64,000 nucleotides of DNA from Candidatus Moraniibacteriota bacterium (GCA_016699875.1 CP064989.1:252326-316325), one strand, 5' to 3'; numbered from the stretch's first letter, positions 1 through 10,608 are shown. Numbers and translations: made by a program. The notes: generated by a model not told the origin, from the letters alone.

Positions 1-956
1 TTCTCAATGAGAAGAACGATGCACTGACATCGCTTTTTCCGAAGCTCTCTGCGAAGATTTCCGGGCAAGAAACAGCACTCAAGACACTGTCTCGAAATAT
101 TATCCGCTCCCAACTCGGACTCAAGAATCATGCCAACCGACCATCGGGATCATTTCTCTTCCTCGGGCCTTCCGGCGTTGGGAAGACACTCACCGCAAAA
201 ACACTCGCCGAAACGCTCTTCGCCACAAAACACTCATTCCTTCGTTTTGACATGAGCGAATTCAGAGAGCGCCATACCATGGCACAAATGATCGGCTCCC
301 CTGCCGGATACGTCGGATTCGGCGAAGGAGGGAAACTCACCGAACACATACGGCGCCACCCCGCTTCAGTCATCCTCTTCGACGAAATTGAGAAAGCGCA
401 CCCGGATGTGCTCAACCTCTTGCTGCAAATTCTTGAGGAGGGCATCCTCACCGATGCTGAGGGAAGACAAGCCCATTTTCGAGAGAGCATTATCATTCTC
501 ACGTCGAATATCGGCACGGAATCATTCCTCAAAGAAGGCAGCTTCGGTTTCGGCAACGCAGCGAACCCTTCATTTGAATCCCTACAAGAAGAAGCGTTGC
601 GAGAACTCAAGCGCTCGCTTCGCCCAGAGCTTCTTGCCCGCCTCGACCATACCATTGTTTTCCGTCCGCTCGACGCATCCTCACTCTCGGAAATAGCCGC
701 CGGAGAACTTTCCCGCCTCGCTGACAATATGAAACACCATGCCGTTCGTCTCAGGAGAAGTCCGACTCTCGCCGAGTTCATCGGCGAGAAAAGCTCCAAA
801 GAATCAGGCGGCGCGCGCGCTGTCCGAAACATTATCGGACAATACATCGAGGATCCGATTGCCGACCTGCTCATTGCGGCAAAACGATCTCCAAAGAGTA
901 TTTCTCTCTCCGTTCCATCATCCAGAGACCGCGTGACTATCAAGGCAACACCATGA
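1..956 (+). CDS. Clp-family AAA+ ATPase, C-terminal (D2) part; the 5' end is truncated by the window edge
   Basis: In-frame translation from nt 3 gives ...SGSFLFLGPSGVGKT (Walker A), DEIEKAHPDVLNLLLQILEEG and the sensor-2 region, typical of the ClpA/B/C second nucleotide-binding domain. No stop occurs upstream of the listed ORF at 252-956 in the same frame. Confidence 0.8.
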   Translation, partial: LNEKNDALTSLFPKLSAKISGQETALKTLSRNIIRSQLGLKNHANRPSGSFLFLGPSGVGKTLTAKTLAETLFATKHSFLRFDMSEFRERHTMAQMIGSPAGYVGFGEGGKLTEHIRRHPASVILFDEIEKAHPDVLNLLLQILEEGILTDAEGRQAHFRESIIILTSNIGTESFLKEGSFGFGNAANPSFESLQEEALRELKRSLRPELLARLDHTIVFRPLDASSLSEIAAGELSRLADNMKHHAVRLRRSPTLAEFIGEKSSKESGGARAVRNIIGQYIEDPIADLLIAAKRSPKSISLSVPSSRDRVTIKATP

Positions 957-1711
957 AGAATATCGCCAATATGCAACTCTTTCAGCATCTCCTTTTTCTT
1001 GGAAAGGAGATGCTTTTTCCTCGTTTCTGCAGCTTGTGTCACAAAGAAGGGTGCTTCTTATGCGAATCGTGCTTCTTGACCATTTCAAAAGGACGACGCC
1101 AATCTCAAGTATGCGGACACTGCGGCGCGCGCGAAACGCCCGAAGGACAGATCTGTTTCTCCTGCGCAGGCAGCATTCCTCATGATGGCATATTCGCCGC
1201 GCTCCATTACAGTGATCCGCGCGTATCGCACCTCGTTCACCTCTTCAAATACCGATTCATACAAGACCTCGGGTCATCCCTTGGAAAGATTCTTGCACTT
1301 GCACTCCTTCAATCGGAGGTTTCACTCCCCGATGCCATAATTCCCGTTCCGCTTCATCCGCGGCGCGAACGCTGGCGCGGATGGAATCAAGCTGATATCC
1401 TCGCTCAGGCACTCACAAAAAATATGCCACAAGATATTGTGCCACCAATTCTCGATGATATTCTCATTCGAACAAAATTCACTGCACCGCAAATGTCATT
1501 GCAGAGCAGAGACCTCCGCCAAGAAAATATCGCAGGAGCCTTCCAACTCACTCCGAACATACAAACAAAAACCGGCAAGGCAGACATCATCGGAAAATCC
1601 ATATGGCTGGTAGACGATGTAGCCGCATCGGGCGCGACCCTAGCAGCGTGCGCAAAAGCTCTCAAAGAACACGGCGCCAAAAAAATATTCGGCATTGTTG
1701 TCGCACGATAA
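953..1711 (+). CDS. comFC: ComF-family phosphoribosyltransferase-domain protein (competence protein ComFC-like)
   Basis: N-terminal Cys-rich double zinc ribbon (CSLCHKEGCFLCESC...CGHCGARE...CFSCAG) and a C-terminal PRTase motif LVDDVAASGATL. The start overlaps the preceding gene by 4 nt, suggesting an operon. Confidence 0.75.
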   Translation: MKNIANMQLFQHLLFLGKEMLFPRFCSLCHKEGCFLCESCFLTISKGRRQSQVCGHCGARETPEGQICFSCAGSIPHDGIFAALHYSDPRVSHLVHLFKYRFIQDLGSSLGKILALALLQSEVSLPDAIIPVPLHPRRERWRGWNQADILAQALTKNMPQDIVPPILDDILIRTKFTAPQMSLQSRDLRQENIAGAFQLTPNIQTKTGKADIIGKSIWLVDDVAASGATLAACAKALKEHGAKKIFGIVVAR

Positions 1712-1758
1712 GCAACTGGAAATCAGAGAACTCTCTACAAGCGATATAGAAGTGAGCT

Positions 1759-2556
1759 TTGAAATATCCTATACTGGCAATAGGATCTCCAACACCGTGC
1801 AGCAAAAAAAACAGCAAACCAAAACCTATGAACAGAAAAACCTCGGACCCCTACCATATCAAAAATATAGGCATCGTGAACAATATTTCCGTCTGGCTTG
1901 TTGACGGTGGGAAAGTTCGAAAAGACTTAAGCGAAAACTTCGTGCAAAGCAGTCACCACACGTATTTTTCTTTCATTCCAACCGATGAATTTTGGATTGA
2001 TACTAACACGGATTTTCGCGAACACCGATTTTTTATGGACAGATTCTTTGCCGAACAAACCCTCATGAGAAACGGGATGAAACCGGAGAAAGCCGAAAAA
2101 ATCGGCGCCATACTCGAACAGCACGAACGCGAGGAATCCCTCTCTCGAGAAATCCTGAAACTTAAGAACTCAAGAAATGCGCTTATCGAAAGAATTCACC
2201 GGCGACACTTCACGCCCTACAGCTCCAACGAGCTCGCCATTTGGATCGTTGACGGCAAACTCGTCCGCGATCTCCTCTTTCTCAATTACGATGCCGGCGG
2301 ACATGATCGTGTTTATCCATGGATTCCCGACCGAGAAATATGGATTGAGGAAGCGCTCCCCGAAGAAGAACGACGTTTCATCCTCCTTCACGAACTCCAT
2401 GAGCGGTTTCTCATGGGAACCGGCAAAAAGTATCCAGAGGCACACCACGGCGCCACTATCATTGAAGACCGCTTCCGAAACACGCCGAAAGAACTCGAAT
2501 CTCGCATCCAAGAGGAACTCAGGAAAAACCGAGACAACGAATCATTCGCGAAGTGA
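1759..2556 (+). CDS. Hypothetical protein with an internal tandem duplication and an HExxH motif
   Basis: Two related segments (VWLVDGGKVRKDL...IPTDEFWID and IWIVDGKLVRDLL...IPDREIWIE). An HELHE (HExxH) motif lies near the C-terminus. I recognise no family, and the true start may be the internal Met (MNRKTSD). Confidence 0.45.
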   Translation: MKYPILAIGSPTPCSKKNSKPKPMNRKTSDPYHIKNIGIVNNISVWLVDGGKVRKDLSENFVQSSHHTYFSFIPTDEFWIDTNTDFREHRFFMDRFFAEQTLMRNGMKPEKAEKIGAILEQHEREESLSREILKLKNSRNALIERIHRRHFTPYSSNELAIWIVDGKLVRDLLFLNYDAGGHDRVYPWIPDREIWIEEALPEEERRFILLHELHERFLMGTGKKYPEAHHGATIIEDRFRNTPKELESRIQEELRKNRDNESFAK

Positions 2557-2559
2557 AAT

Positions 2560-3513
2560 TCACTCAGCATCTCGACCCAAAATATCCCGTGAACGGAGAT
2601 AGAAGGGAATAGCGGAGAAGCTCACGATCATCTGTATAAACCGACTCGTCACAGCAACGGCGACCGCCGCCTCGACAGAGGTGCCAAGATACCCGAAGAA
2701 TGTAGCATACGCCCACTCTTTTACGCCGATATTATTGATACTGATCGGAATATTCGAGACAATTGTCACTAAGAAAATAACACCGAGATACTCAATCACA
2801 TGCACCTCGCCACCCAGCGCCCGAAAGAGCACGAGGTTTGCAAGTCCCACACCGACAAGGTTAAACAAAAGCGACCACCCCAGCACCGGAACCGTCGTCC
2901 GACGAAACGGATAGCGCATCACTTCCCGAATCAATCGCTGCACGCGTTCCGGAAGTTTCCCTAAAAAAAAATGGGCGGATGGCATTTTCCGAAGAACCGG
3001 CAGAGCGAAATCAAACGAAAGCGAGCCAAGTATGGCGATATCCAAGAAAAGCCAGAACGGGTTTGCAAACACCAGCTTCAAATGGAATAACGAAAAAATA
3101 ATAGCAAACACCATCGCCGCCCAAATTCCCGTAAACCGATCAAAGAGCGCCGTAGAGAGTGCCGGCGACAATTTTCCGTCCCGTTTTCCAAGCCACAGCG
3201 TCCGATACGTATCGCCACCGATAGTTGAAGGAAGAAAATTATTAATAAACGTACCCGTAAGGTACGCACGAAAGAAATCTCGGTACGGGCGATCAAATCC
3301 CTTGGATCGCGCGATAGTTTGCCATTTTCTCGACGAAATTGCGATGCCCGCAAGAAGAATGCAGATGTAGAGGGAAAGAAACGGCAAATCCACTTCCGAA
3401 ATTCTCCGAACAACCTCCGCCCAGTTGATACGCCATACGAGCCACAGAACAAACCCGCTCGACACCAAGAGTTTCAAGAAAAAAGAGAGTCGTTTTCGGA
3501 GAGCTGTTTTCAT
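2560..3513 (-). CDS. Flippase-like / lysylphosphatidylglycerol-synthase-TM-like (UPF0104) polytopic membrane protein
   Basis: About 8 predicted TM helices. The sequence resembles the membrane domain family that commonly accompanies GT2 and GT4 glycosyltransferases. The start overlaps the GT4 stop by 4 nt. Confidence 0.55.
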   Translation of the reverse strand: MKTALRKRLSFFLKLLVSSGFVLWLVWRINWAEVVRRISEVDLPFLSLYICILLAGIAISSRKWQTIARSKGFDRPYRDFFRAYLTGTFINNFLPSTIGGDTYRTLWLGKRDGKLSPALSTALFDRFTGIWAAMVFAIIFSLFHLKLVFANPFWLFLDIAILGSLSFDFALPVLRKMPSAHFFLGKLPERVQRLIREVMRYPFRRTTVPVLGWSLLFNLVGVGLANLVLFRALGGEVHVIEYLGVIFLVTIVSNIPISINNIGVKEWAYATFFGYLGTSVEAAVAVAVTSRFIQMIVSFSAIPFYLRSRDILGRDAE

Positions 3514-4685
3514 GATTTTGAAGATATCGCTTCTTCGTAAGATACCCGATACGCCTTTGCCACTTCATTCCAACCCAAGCTCTCGGCACGGCGCCGACTC
3601 TCTTCACCGTATCGCTTCGCTTCATCCGAATGCGACGCAAGAAACGCAATTTTTTCAGCGATATGTTTCGAGTCGCGCATACGGACAATGCAACCGTTCA
3701 CACCGTCTTCTACCAATTCGCGTGTCCCGCCGGTATCCGTCGTAATAATCGGGAGTCCGCAGGCAAGCGCTTCAAGCACGTTATTGCTCATCCCCTCATT
3801 GAGAGAGGGTAGTACGTACACATGTGCCCGATGATAGAGCGGCACCACTTCATTGTGCGGCACCCGCCCGACAAATCGCACCCGATCAGAAAGGTCATGC
3901 TCCGCCACAAACGCCTCGAGCGACTCGCGTTCATGCCCATCGCCGGCGATATCCAAGAGAAATCGCCTCTTCTCCGAATTTTTCAACAAATGCATCGCCT
4001 CGAGCAATGACCGCAAACCCTTTCGAGGCGTGAGACGCGCAATAGCCAATACCTGAAATGGCTCGGAGACACCGTCTGAATAATTCCTCGGAACCGAGAA
4101 AAATTCCTTGATATCAACACCATTGCGCACGACCGCAATATCTCGCGACGACTCCGTAAGGAGCGCGAGTGTCCGAAGTCCCTCGCTGTTTGCGATTACC
4201 TTCGCCGCGTTCCGCCAAATAAACCGCGTCACCGGACGCAAGAAGAGGTAGAGATTCTTAAATCGCTCGCTATACCCAGGCACATCCGAACCGCGCAACG
4301 ATACGATATACGGGAGATGAAACTCCATAGAAAGCAGACGCATCACCAACCCCGATGGAACCGAAAAAAACGCATGCATACAATCGAACTGCTCCCGCTT
4401 CAAGAGCTGCCGTGAAAACATCCACGACTTCCAAGAATACGCAAGCAGATTCGCCTTCGACTGAAAATGAAGATCGCGCGCGCCATCTTTCTTCCCGACC
4501 GGGAGCCGCTCTATCTTGATATTCGGCGCCGGATATTCCGTCCGGTGAACACCGTCAACTGACGACGTCACCAGCACAATCTCCATATCCGAGAACACCG
4601 CAAACTCCCGAAGCATGTACTCCGTCGCATTCCCCGCTCCGCCTCCCAACGGCGGATACTCATAATTATGAATGAGGAGTTTCAC
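3510..4685 (-). CDS. GT4-family glycosyltransferase (GT-B fold)
   Basis: C-terminal block ...PSLNEGMSNNVLEALACGLPIITTDTGGTRELVEDGVNG matches the EX7E motif of retaining GT4 enzymes, and the N-terminus carries the Gly-rich GGGAG start. Confidence 0.8.
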   Translation of the reverse strand: MKLLIHNYEYPPLGGGAGNATEYMLREFAVFSDMEIVLVTSSVDGVHRTEYPAPNIKIERLPVGKKDGARDLHFQSKANLLAYSWKSWMFSRQLLKREQFDCMHAFFSVPSGLVMRLLSMEFHLPYIVSLRGSDVPGYSERFKNLYLFLRPVTRFIWRNAAKVIANSEGLRTLALLTESSRDIAVVRNGVDIKEFFSVPRNYSDGVSEPFQVLAIARLTPRKGLRSLLEAMHLLKNSEKRRFLLDIAGDGHERESLEAFVAEHDLSDRVRFVGRVPHNEVVPLYHRAHVYVLPSLNEGMSNNVLEALACGLPIITTDTGGTRELVEDGVNGCIVRMRDSKHIAEKIAFLASHSDEAKRYGEESRRRAESLGWNEVAKAYRVSYEEAISSKS

Positions 4686-4710
4686 AGGAAAAATGGTCTA
4701 TATAAAGACG

Positions 4711-5568
4711 CTACATAACAAAAGAGCCAACCTTAGGAGCAACGGCGCGCCAAAGTGAATCTAACTTAGCCATATCAGAATGACGCTTTCCCTCGTTCCT
4801 CTGAATCTTTTCTTGAAGGTCAGCAAGAAGCCGACCGGGGAGCGAACCGGAAAATCCCAGCGGTTGCCATTCTCCATTACCCTCTAGTTCTCGCATTTTC
4901 TTTGTTATGAAGTCACGCTGATAAATCAATGCGCTTGAGAGAACATTTTTAATTTTTTCCACAAGACTTTCCACAGTCGCGTCAAAATTCTTACTTCCTT
5001 TTTCCTCTCCAACTTGAAGGGTAAGACTCTCCCGCTCCATATTGTCGTATATGAGTTGCATGCGATCTGAATATTGTCCCACGCCTTCTTCGAGAAGTCG
5101 CGCGTTCGTTTTTCTTATATTTTCTCTGTTTGCGTCCTCATGTAAACGATCCAATGGAGAAGTAAGATCCGGAGCCTTCCCCTTAAGGTCATTTGAATAA
5201 TCAAAATTTTCTACTTTGGCTATTTCGTCATCAAAATAGGAGATGGCATCCTCAAGAAACTTGATTCTCTCTTTAATTCTTGCTTTTTTTTCGGGTTTTG
5301 CACCAGTAATTTCTGCTATTTGCAAATCAGCGTACAGTGCCGAAATAACTTTTTCCGCATTTCGCATTTTTTCAATACGAAGTTCTCGATTGCGAAGAAT
5401 TGATTCTATCTCCTTGTTATGAGTTTCTCGTAGGGAAGACACTTCATTTTGGAGTTCTTCCGATTGCAAATTGTCTACTTCAAAAGAATTTAGCTTCTCC
5501 TTACTTCTACCATCATCTTCTTCATTTATCCCCACTTTTTTAGTAGGACTTTCTCCTTCAATCCGCAT
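4711..5568 (-). CDS. Hypothetical coiled-coil protein
   Basis: Lys/Glu-rich heptad-like sequence with no recognisable domain. It is noticeably more AT-rich than the flanking glycosylation genes. Confidence 0.4.
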   Translation of the reverse strand: MRIEGESPTKKVGINEEDDGRSKEKLNSFEVDNLQSEELQNEVSSLRETHNKEIESILRNRELRIEKMRNAEKVISALYADLQIAEITGAKPEKKARIKERIKFLEDAISYFDDEIAKVENFDYSNDLKGKAPDLTSPLDRLHEDANRENIRKTNARLLEEGVGQYSDRMQLIYDNMERESLTLQVGEEKGSKNFDATVESLVEKIKNVLSSALIYQRDFITKKMRELEGNGEWQPLGFSGSLPGRLLADLQEKIQRNEGKRHSDMAKLDSLWRAVAPKVGSFVM

Positions 5569-5614
5569 ACATTTGTTTTGACTTGATTAAAAAACTTTGC
5601 ACTCCCCTTACATT

Positions 5615-6925
5615 TTACACTCCCACACCAAAGTACGTAAACCCGGCAGCTTCGGCTTCGCTTCGGCGGAAAATGTTGCGTCCGTCAACGATCACCGTGC
5701 CGCGCATGCGCTTTTGCAGATCGGCGAAATCCGCCGTACGAAATTCATCCCATTCAGTCGCCACGACGAGTGCGTCCGCGCCATCTGCCGCGCTATATTG
5801 ATCTTTGGAAAACTTCAACCGGGCATTGCTTTTCAAGACCGCCTTGGCATTTTCGGTCGCTACCGGATCAAAAGCAACCACGGAAGCGCCGCTCTTAAGA
5901 AGAGTGTCGATAATGAGCAGAGCTGGCGCTTCACGCACATCATCCGTTCGCGGTTTAAATGAAAGTCCCCAGAGCGCTATTCGCTTACCCTTCAAAGTCT
6001 TGAGCGACTTCTTGAGGAAATTGATAGGCAAAAGTTTCTGCTTTTCATTTGCCGCACGCACCGCTTCAAGAATAGTAAACTCGTAGCCGTACTCCGTACC
6101 GGTATGAAGAAGCGCTTTCACATCCTTCGGGAAGCACGAGCCGCCATAGCCGATACCCGCAGAGAGAAAGCGCGATCCGATACGTGTATCAAACCCCATG
6201 CCGCGTGCCACTTCTTTGGCGTTTCCGCCGACAATCGCGCAAAAGTTCGCAATTTCATTGATAAAAGAAATCTTTGTTGCCAAGAACGAGTTGGATGCAT
6301 ATTTGATAATTTCCGCACTCTTCACATCGGTCTGGATAATGGGCCTGCCGGCACGCGCAACCGGCCGATAGATCCGCTCCATAATCGCCCAAGCTCGCTC
6401 TGATTCCGTACCGACAATCACGCGATCAGGGTTCAAGAAATCCTTAACCGCCGTTCCCTCGCGCAGAAATTCCGGATTCGACACGACGTCGAATTCCTGC
6501 GTGCCATCACTCGATTGCATCACAATCTCGCGCACGCGATCCGCTGTCCCAACCGGCACCGTCGACTTGTTCACAAGCACCTTGTATTCGTTCAGATTTT
6601 TCCCAAACGCCTCAGCGACCGCAAAAACATACTGCAAATCCGCCTCTCCCGTCTTGGGATCGGGCGGCGTCCCCACCCCGCTGAAAACCGCTTCCGATTC
6701 GCGAATTGCCTTCCCGATATCAGTCGTAAAAGAAAGTCTCCCCTGCCGCACATTCTCCTTCACGAGTTCTTCGAGTCCGAATTCATAGATAGGAATCCCG
6801 CCACGCTTCAACTTTGCAATCTTCTTCGCATCCACATCCGCACATACCACCGTATGTCCGATCTCCGCCATGCACGCGCCCGACACCAATCCGACATATC
6901 CCGCCCCGACAAACGTGAGTTTCAT
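5615..6925 (-). CDS. ugd: UDP-glucose 6-dehydrogenase
   Basis: MKLTFVGAGYVGLVSGACMAE (NAD-binding Rossmann fold) and the catalytic GGSCFPKD motif. The listed ORF runs on to 7234, but it overlaps the next gene and contains the canonical Met start at 6925, so I cut it there. Confidence 0.85.
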   Translation of the reverse strand: MKLTFVGAGYVGLVSGACMAEIGHTVVCADVDAKKIAKLKRGGIPIYEFGLEELVKENVRQGRLSFTTDIGKAIRESEAVFSGVGTPPDPKTGEADLQYVFAVAEAFGKNLNEYKVLVNKSTVPVGTADRVREIVMQSSDGTQEFDVVSNPEFLREGTAVKDFLNPDRVIVGTESERAWAIMERIYRPVARAGRPIIQTDVKSAEIIKYASNSFLATKISFINEIANFCAIVGGNAKEVARGMGFDTRIGSRFLSAGIGYGGSCFPKDVKALLHTGTEYGYEFTILEAVRAANEKQKLLPINFLKKSLKTLKGKRIALWGLSFKPRTDDVREAPALLIIDTLLKSGASVVAFDPVATENAKAVLKSNARLKFSKDQYSAADGADALVVATEWDEFRTADFADLQKRMRGTVIVDGRNIFRRSEAEAAGFTYFGVGV

Positions 6926-6948
6926 ACCGTTTCCGATTAACTGATTAT

Positions 6949-7899
6949 TTATTTCCGTTCGATCACTTCTCGAATACCGTAATTCATCGAATGATGACTT
7001 CTGTAGTACGCACGAATCATCATATCCGTCATGAGACCAAAAATAAAGAGCTGAATGCCCGCAAGAAGCAAGAAGACGCCGATCATAGGCCAAATGCGAT
7101 CCGAAAGCGATGCGCCAAAGAAGACTTTCTCCACAAACATCCAAAAGAGAATCCCCGATCCCAAGATAGAAAGCAAAAAGCCGCCGCCGCCGAAGAGGTG
7201 CACCGGGCGATGCGAGTACTTCCGCCAGAACCACACGGCGAGCATGTCGACAAATCCCTTCACGCTCCGCTTCCAGTTGTATTTGGTGACGCCATGCACG
7301 CGCGGATGGTGCGAAACCGGCACCTCCGCCACACGGAAACCCTTAATCTCAAGAAGCGCCGGAATAAACCGATGCATCTCACCAAAGAGATCGAAGTCCT
7401 CGAAACATTCCCTTCGAAACGCTTTGAGACTGCAGCCCGAATCGTGAATATTGTCGTGAATGAGAATGGTACGCAGCATGTTCGCGCCGCGCGAAAAGAT
7501 CTTCTTGCTCAAAGAATCTTGCCGCTTCACCCGCCATCCGGAGACCACATCATAGCCCTCGTCGAGCTTCGCAAGAAGAAGCGGGATATCAGCCGGATCA
7601 TTCTGCAAATCGCCGTCCATCGTAATCACAATATCGCCCGTCGCCCGCTTGAAACCTGCGTCAAACGCCGCGCTCTGTCCGAAGTTCTTGCGGAATACCA
7701 CGAGCGTAAGTGGCGAAAGCGCATGGCATTTCTCGAGCGTCGCGTCCCTCGACCCGTCATCGACAAAGATGATCTCATATAACTCACCGAGCTTCTCCAA
7801 GGATTCCTTGATGCGCCGATGGAGTTCCTCGACATTCCCCTCTTCGTTATAAAGCGGAACAACAACCGAATACCGAACCCGCCCGGAATCTGTTTCCAT
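6949..7899 (-). CDS. GT2 polyprenyl-phosphate glycosyltransferase (DPM1/ArnC-like)
   Basis: YSVVVPLYNEEGNV, FVDDGSRD and DGDLQNDP (DxD) motifs, with two C-terminal TM helices. Confidence 0.8.
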   Translation of the reverse strand: METDSGRVRYSVVVPLYNEEGNVEELHRRIKESLEKLGELYEIIFVDDGSRDATLEKCHALSPLTLVVFRKNFGQSAAFDAGFKRATGDIVITMDGDLQNDPADIPLLLAKLDEGYDVVSGWRVKRQDSLSKKIFSRGANMLRTILIHDNIHDSGCSLKAFRRECFEDFDLFGEMHRFIPALLEIKGFRVAEVPVSHHPRVHGVTKYNWKRSVKGFVDMLAVWFWRKYSHRPVHLFGGGGFLLSILGSGILFWMFVEKVFFGASLSDRIWPMIGVFLLLAGIQLFIFGLMTDMMIRAYYRSHHSMNYGIREVIERK

Positions 7900-8131
7900 A
7901 AAAAGAAAAACAAAGCCCCTACCGCCCTATTGTACCAAACCCCCGCCCAGAGGCAAGGAAAGCCCCTTTCTTCATTGTCGGTTCAGACAAGGTCAGACAA
8001 TATCCACCTTTCAAGAGCTCCTCTCAAGAGACAAAACTCTGATTCCTCCACTCCAATTAGAACAACAAAGAATCGAATCAAGAAAAATCCGCCAAAGAAG
8101 AATACTCTCTGGCGGCACTACACATCATGCT

Positions 8132-8401
8132 TCATTGCTTTTTTTGAATCTTCGTTGCAGCGTACACAGCAGAGGCAAGTTCGTCAAGCAGAGAGTATAA
8201 TGGGCTGTCCGCCCCATCGCCAAATATCTCCCGTAGCTTTTCAAATGCATCATACGCCTTTACCGCCCTTTCCGAGAGCGGAACTTCGCAAAGAACGGTA
8301 TCTTCTTCCCCATATCCCCCATCTGTTGCCGTCCACTGAACAACCGAGACTGTTCCAAGATCACCATCAAACACAACAAAAAGCTTTCTCGTATCTGCCA
8401 T
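8132..8401 (-). CDS. Small hypothetical protein (89 aa)
   Basis: Clean ORF between two long non-coding spacers. No recognisable motif. Confidence 0.35.
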   Translation of the reverse strand: MADTRKLFVVFDGDLGTVSVVQWTATDGGYGEEDTVLCEVPLSERAVKAYDAFEKLREIFGDGADSPLYSLLDELASAVYAATKIQKKQ

Positions 8402-8502
8402 GTTTAAATCTCCTCAGACTTCAACAACAAAACACCCTCAAGAGGGTACGCTATCAAATTTGATCAGTCAATATGTCGATTGAGTTTACAAGACATAAGC
8501 AG

Positions 8503-8528
8503 AGAGCGAGGCTCTCACCTCGCTCTCA
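8503..8528 (-). terminator. Stem-loop 12 nt downstream of the dnaK stop; possible terminator
   Basis: Perfect 10-bp inverted repeat gagagcgagg/cctcgctctc with a 6-nt loop. The trailing U-tract is weak. Confidence 0.3.
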
Positions 8529-8539
8529 CCCGTCAAACT

Positions 8540-10441
8540 CTACTTCCCATCCTCCACCTCTGCGTCTTTCGGAGATTCGGGAGTGCCTTCGGTTTTCGGC
8601 GGCTCGCCCTGCCCCGGTGCGGGAGGCGTTTCCGATTCCTGCGCGGCTTTGTAGAGTTTCTCGCCGATTTTCTGTGCGGATTCGGAGACCGCCTGCGATG
8701 CCTTCCGGATCGCTTCAAGATCATCGCCATTCTTCACCTTGTTGAGCTCGGCAATCGCGTCTTCCACTGGTTTCTTTTCATCCGCCGTCACTTTGTCGCC
8801 GGCATCGCGGATCGCTTTCTCGGTTGTGTAGACGAGACTGTCCGCCATATTGCGCGCTTCGACCAGTTCCTTCTTCCGCTTGTCTTCTTCAGCATGAAGC
8901 TCAGCGTCTTTCTTCATACGCTCGACCTCCTCTTTGGACAATCCGGTTGAAGATTCGATGCGGATAGACTGCGTCTTGTTCGTCGCTTTGTCCTTCGCGG
9001 TCACCGAGAGAATACCGTTTGCATCGATATCAAATGCGACTTCGATCTGCGGCACGCCGCGTGGCGCCGGCGGAATACCATCCAAAATAAACCGCCCGAG
9101 CGATTTGTTGTCCGCCGCCGTCTCGCGCTCGCCCTGGAGTACGTGTATTTCGACCGACGGTTGACTGTCCGCCGCCGTCGAGAATACCTTTGACTGCGAA
9201 ATAGGCACGGTTGAGTTTGCATCGATGATCGGTGTCCGCATACCGCCCAAGGTTTCGATGCCCAAGGTGAGTGGCGTCACATCAAGCAGAAGCACGTCTT
9301 TCACTGACCCCTCGAGCACGCCCCCCTGGATCGCAGCACCGATCGCCACAACTTCGTCGGGGTTCACGGAGATATCCGGCTTCTTGCCGAAGAACTCTTC
9401 GACGGTCTTAAGGACAAGCGGCATGCGCGTCATACCCCCGACCATCACTACCTCATTGATATCCTTCGCGCTCATGTCAGCATCTTTGAGCGCCTGCTTC
9501 ACCGGCGCAAGCGTCGCCACCACGAGATCATGCACGAGTTCTTCGAGCTTCGCTCGCGTCAACTTCATCACCAAGTGCTTCGGTCCCGAGGCATCGCTTG
9601 TAATAAACGGCTGATTGATTTCGGTATCCTGCGCCGTCGAGAGCTCGATCTTTGCCTTCTCTGCCGACTCCTTGATGCGCTGGAGTGCCAAAGGATCTTT
9701 GGAGAGATCGATACCTTCCTGCTTTTTGAATTCGTCGAGTATCCAATGAATCACCTTCTGATCGAAGTCGTCACCGCCCAAGTGCGTGTCACCGTTCGTC
9801 GAACGCACCTCAACCGTATCCGCTGCCACTTCGAGAATAGAGATATCGAATGTTCCCCCGCCCAAGTCATACACAGCGATTTTCTCATCTTGCTTCTTGT
9901 TGAAGCCATAAGCCAAAGCTGCCGCAGTCGGTTCATTGATAATCCGCCGCACATTGAGACCCGCGATTTCTCCCGCTTCCTTCGTCGCTTTGCGCTGCGA
10001 GTCATCGAAATACGCCGGCACCGTGATAACCGCCTCGGTGATTTTTTCGCCCAAGCGATCCTCGGCATCCGCCTTCAATTTCTGCAATACCATCGCCGAG
10101 ATTTCCTGCGGCGAGTATTCTTTGCTACCCATCACCACTTTCACGCCCTCGCCCGCTTTTACGATTTTATACGGAAGCGTTTTCTTATCGCGTTCCACTT
10201 CCTCGTCATCGAAGCGTCGCCCGATGAGTCTCTTGATCGAGAAGAGCGTATTCTCCGGATTCGTCACCGCCTGTCGCTTCGCGAGAAGTCCCACAAGCCG
10301 CTCGCCTGTCTTCGACACGGCAACCATCGATGGCGTCGTGCGATTTCCCTCTTTATTTTCTACGATCGTCGGGCTTCCGCCTTCAACAAACGCCATCGCC
10401 GAATTCGTCGTCCCGAGATCGATACCAAGTATCTTTGCCAT
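8540..10441 (-). CDS. dnaK: Molecular chaperone DnaK (Hsp70)
   Basis: [26 protein letters not shown] and the full-length actin-like ATPase plus substrate-binding domain (633 aa). Confidence 0.95.
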   Translation of the reverse strand: MAKILGIDLGTTNSAMAFVEGGSPTIVENKEGNRTTPSMVAVSKTGERLVGLLAKRQAVTNPENTLFSIKRLIGRRFDDEEVERDKKTLPYKIVKAGEGVKVVMGSKEYSPQEISAMVLQKLKADAEDRLGEKITEAVITVPAYFDDSQRKATKEAGEIAGLNVRRIINEPTAAALAYGFNKKQDEKIAVYDLGGGTFDISILEVAADTVEVRSTNGDTHLGGDDFDQKVIHWILDEFKKQEGIDLSKDPLALQRIKESAEKAKIELSTAQDTEINQPFITSDASGPKHLVMKLTRAKLEELVHDLVVATLAPVKQALKDADMSAKDINEVVMVGGMTRMPLVLKTVEEFFGKKPDISVNPDEVVAIGAAIQGGVLEGSVKDVLLLDVTPLTLGIETLGGMRTPIIDANSTVPISQSKVFSTAADSQPSVEIHVLQGERETAADNKSLGRFILDGIPPAPRGVPQIEVAFDIDANGILSVTAKDKATNKTQSIRIESSTGLSKEEVERMKKDAELHAEEDKRKKELVEARNMADSLVYTTEKAIRDAGDKVTADEKKPVEDAIAELNKVKNGDDLEAIRKASQAVSESAQKIGEKLYKAAQESETPPAPGQGEPPKTEGTPESPKDAEVEDGK

Positions 10442-10608
10442 ACTGTTTCATTGGGATAAAGATTGAAGAATAAGGAATAATGCAAATGTATCCCATGTCC
10501 TCACGTCCTAACTCCCTTAATTTAATACTTAAAAATTCAATTTCTCGCTTCATGTGCTTCGTCCACTCCCCGGGATTTGCTCCGAGGGAGTGTCGAAGCA
10601 AACGAAGA

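Noticed and set aside
6926-7234. Upstream extension of the ugd ORF (listed as 5615..7234, 539 aa)
   Set aside because: The extension overlaps the GT2 gene on the same strand and precedes the canonical MKLTFVGAGYVG Rossmann start. The true start is the ATG at 6925.
8467-8472. Third copy of the island promoter motif (shares gtcaatatg)
   Set aside because: Only a 9-nt match. It lacks the TGCCGGAA box and a credible -10. Judged chance similarity.
9530-10459. 309-aa plus-strand ORF (and several others) inside dnaK
   Set aside because: Antisense to an unambiguous Hsp70 gene. Typical shadow ORFs.
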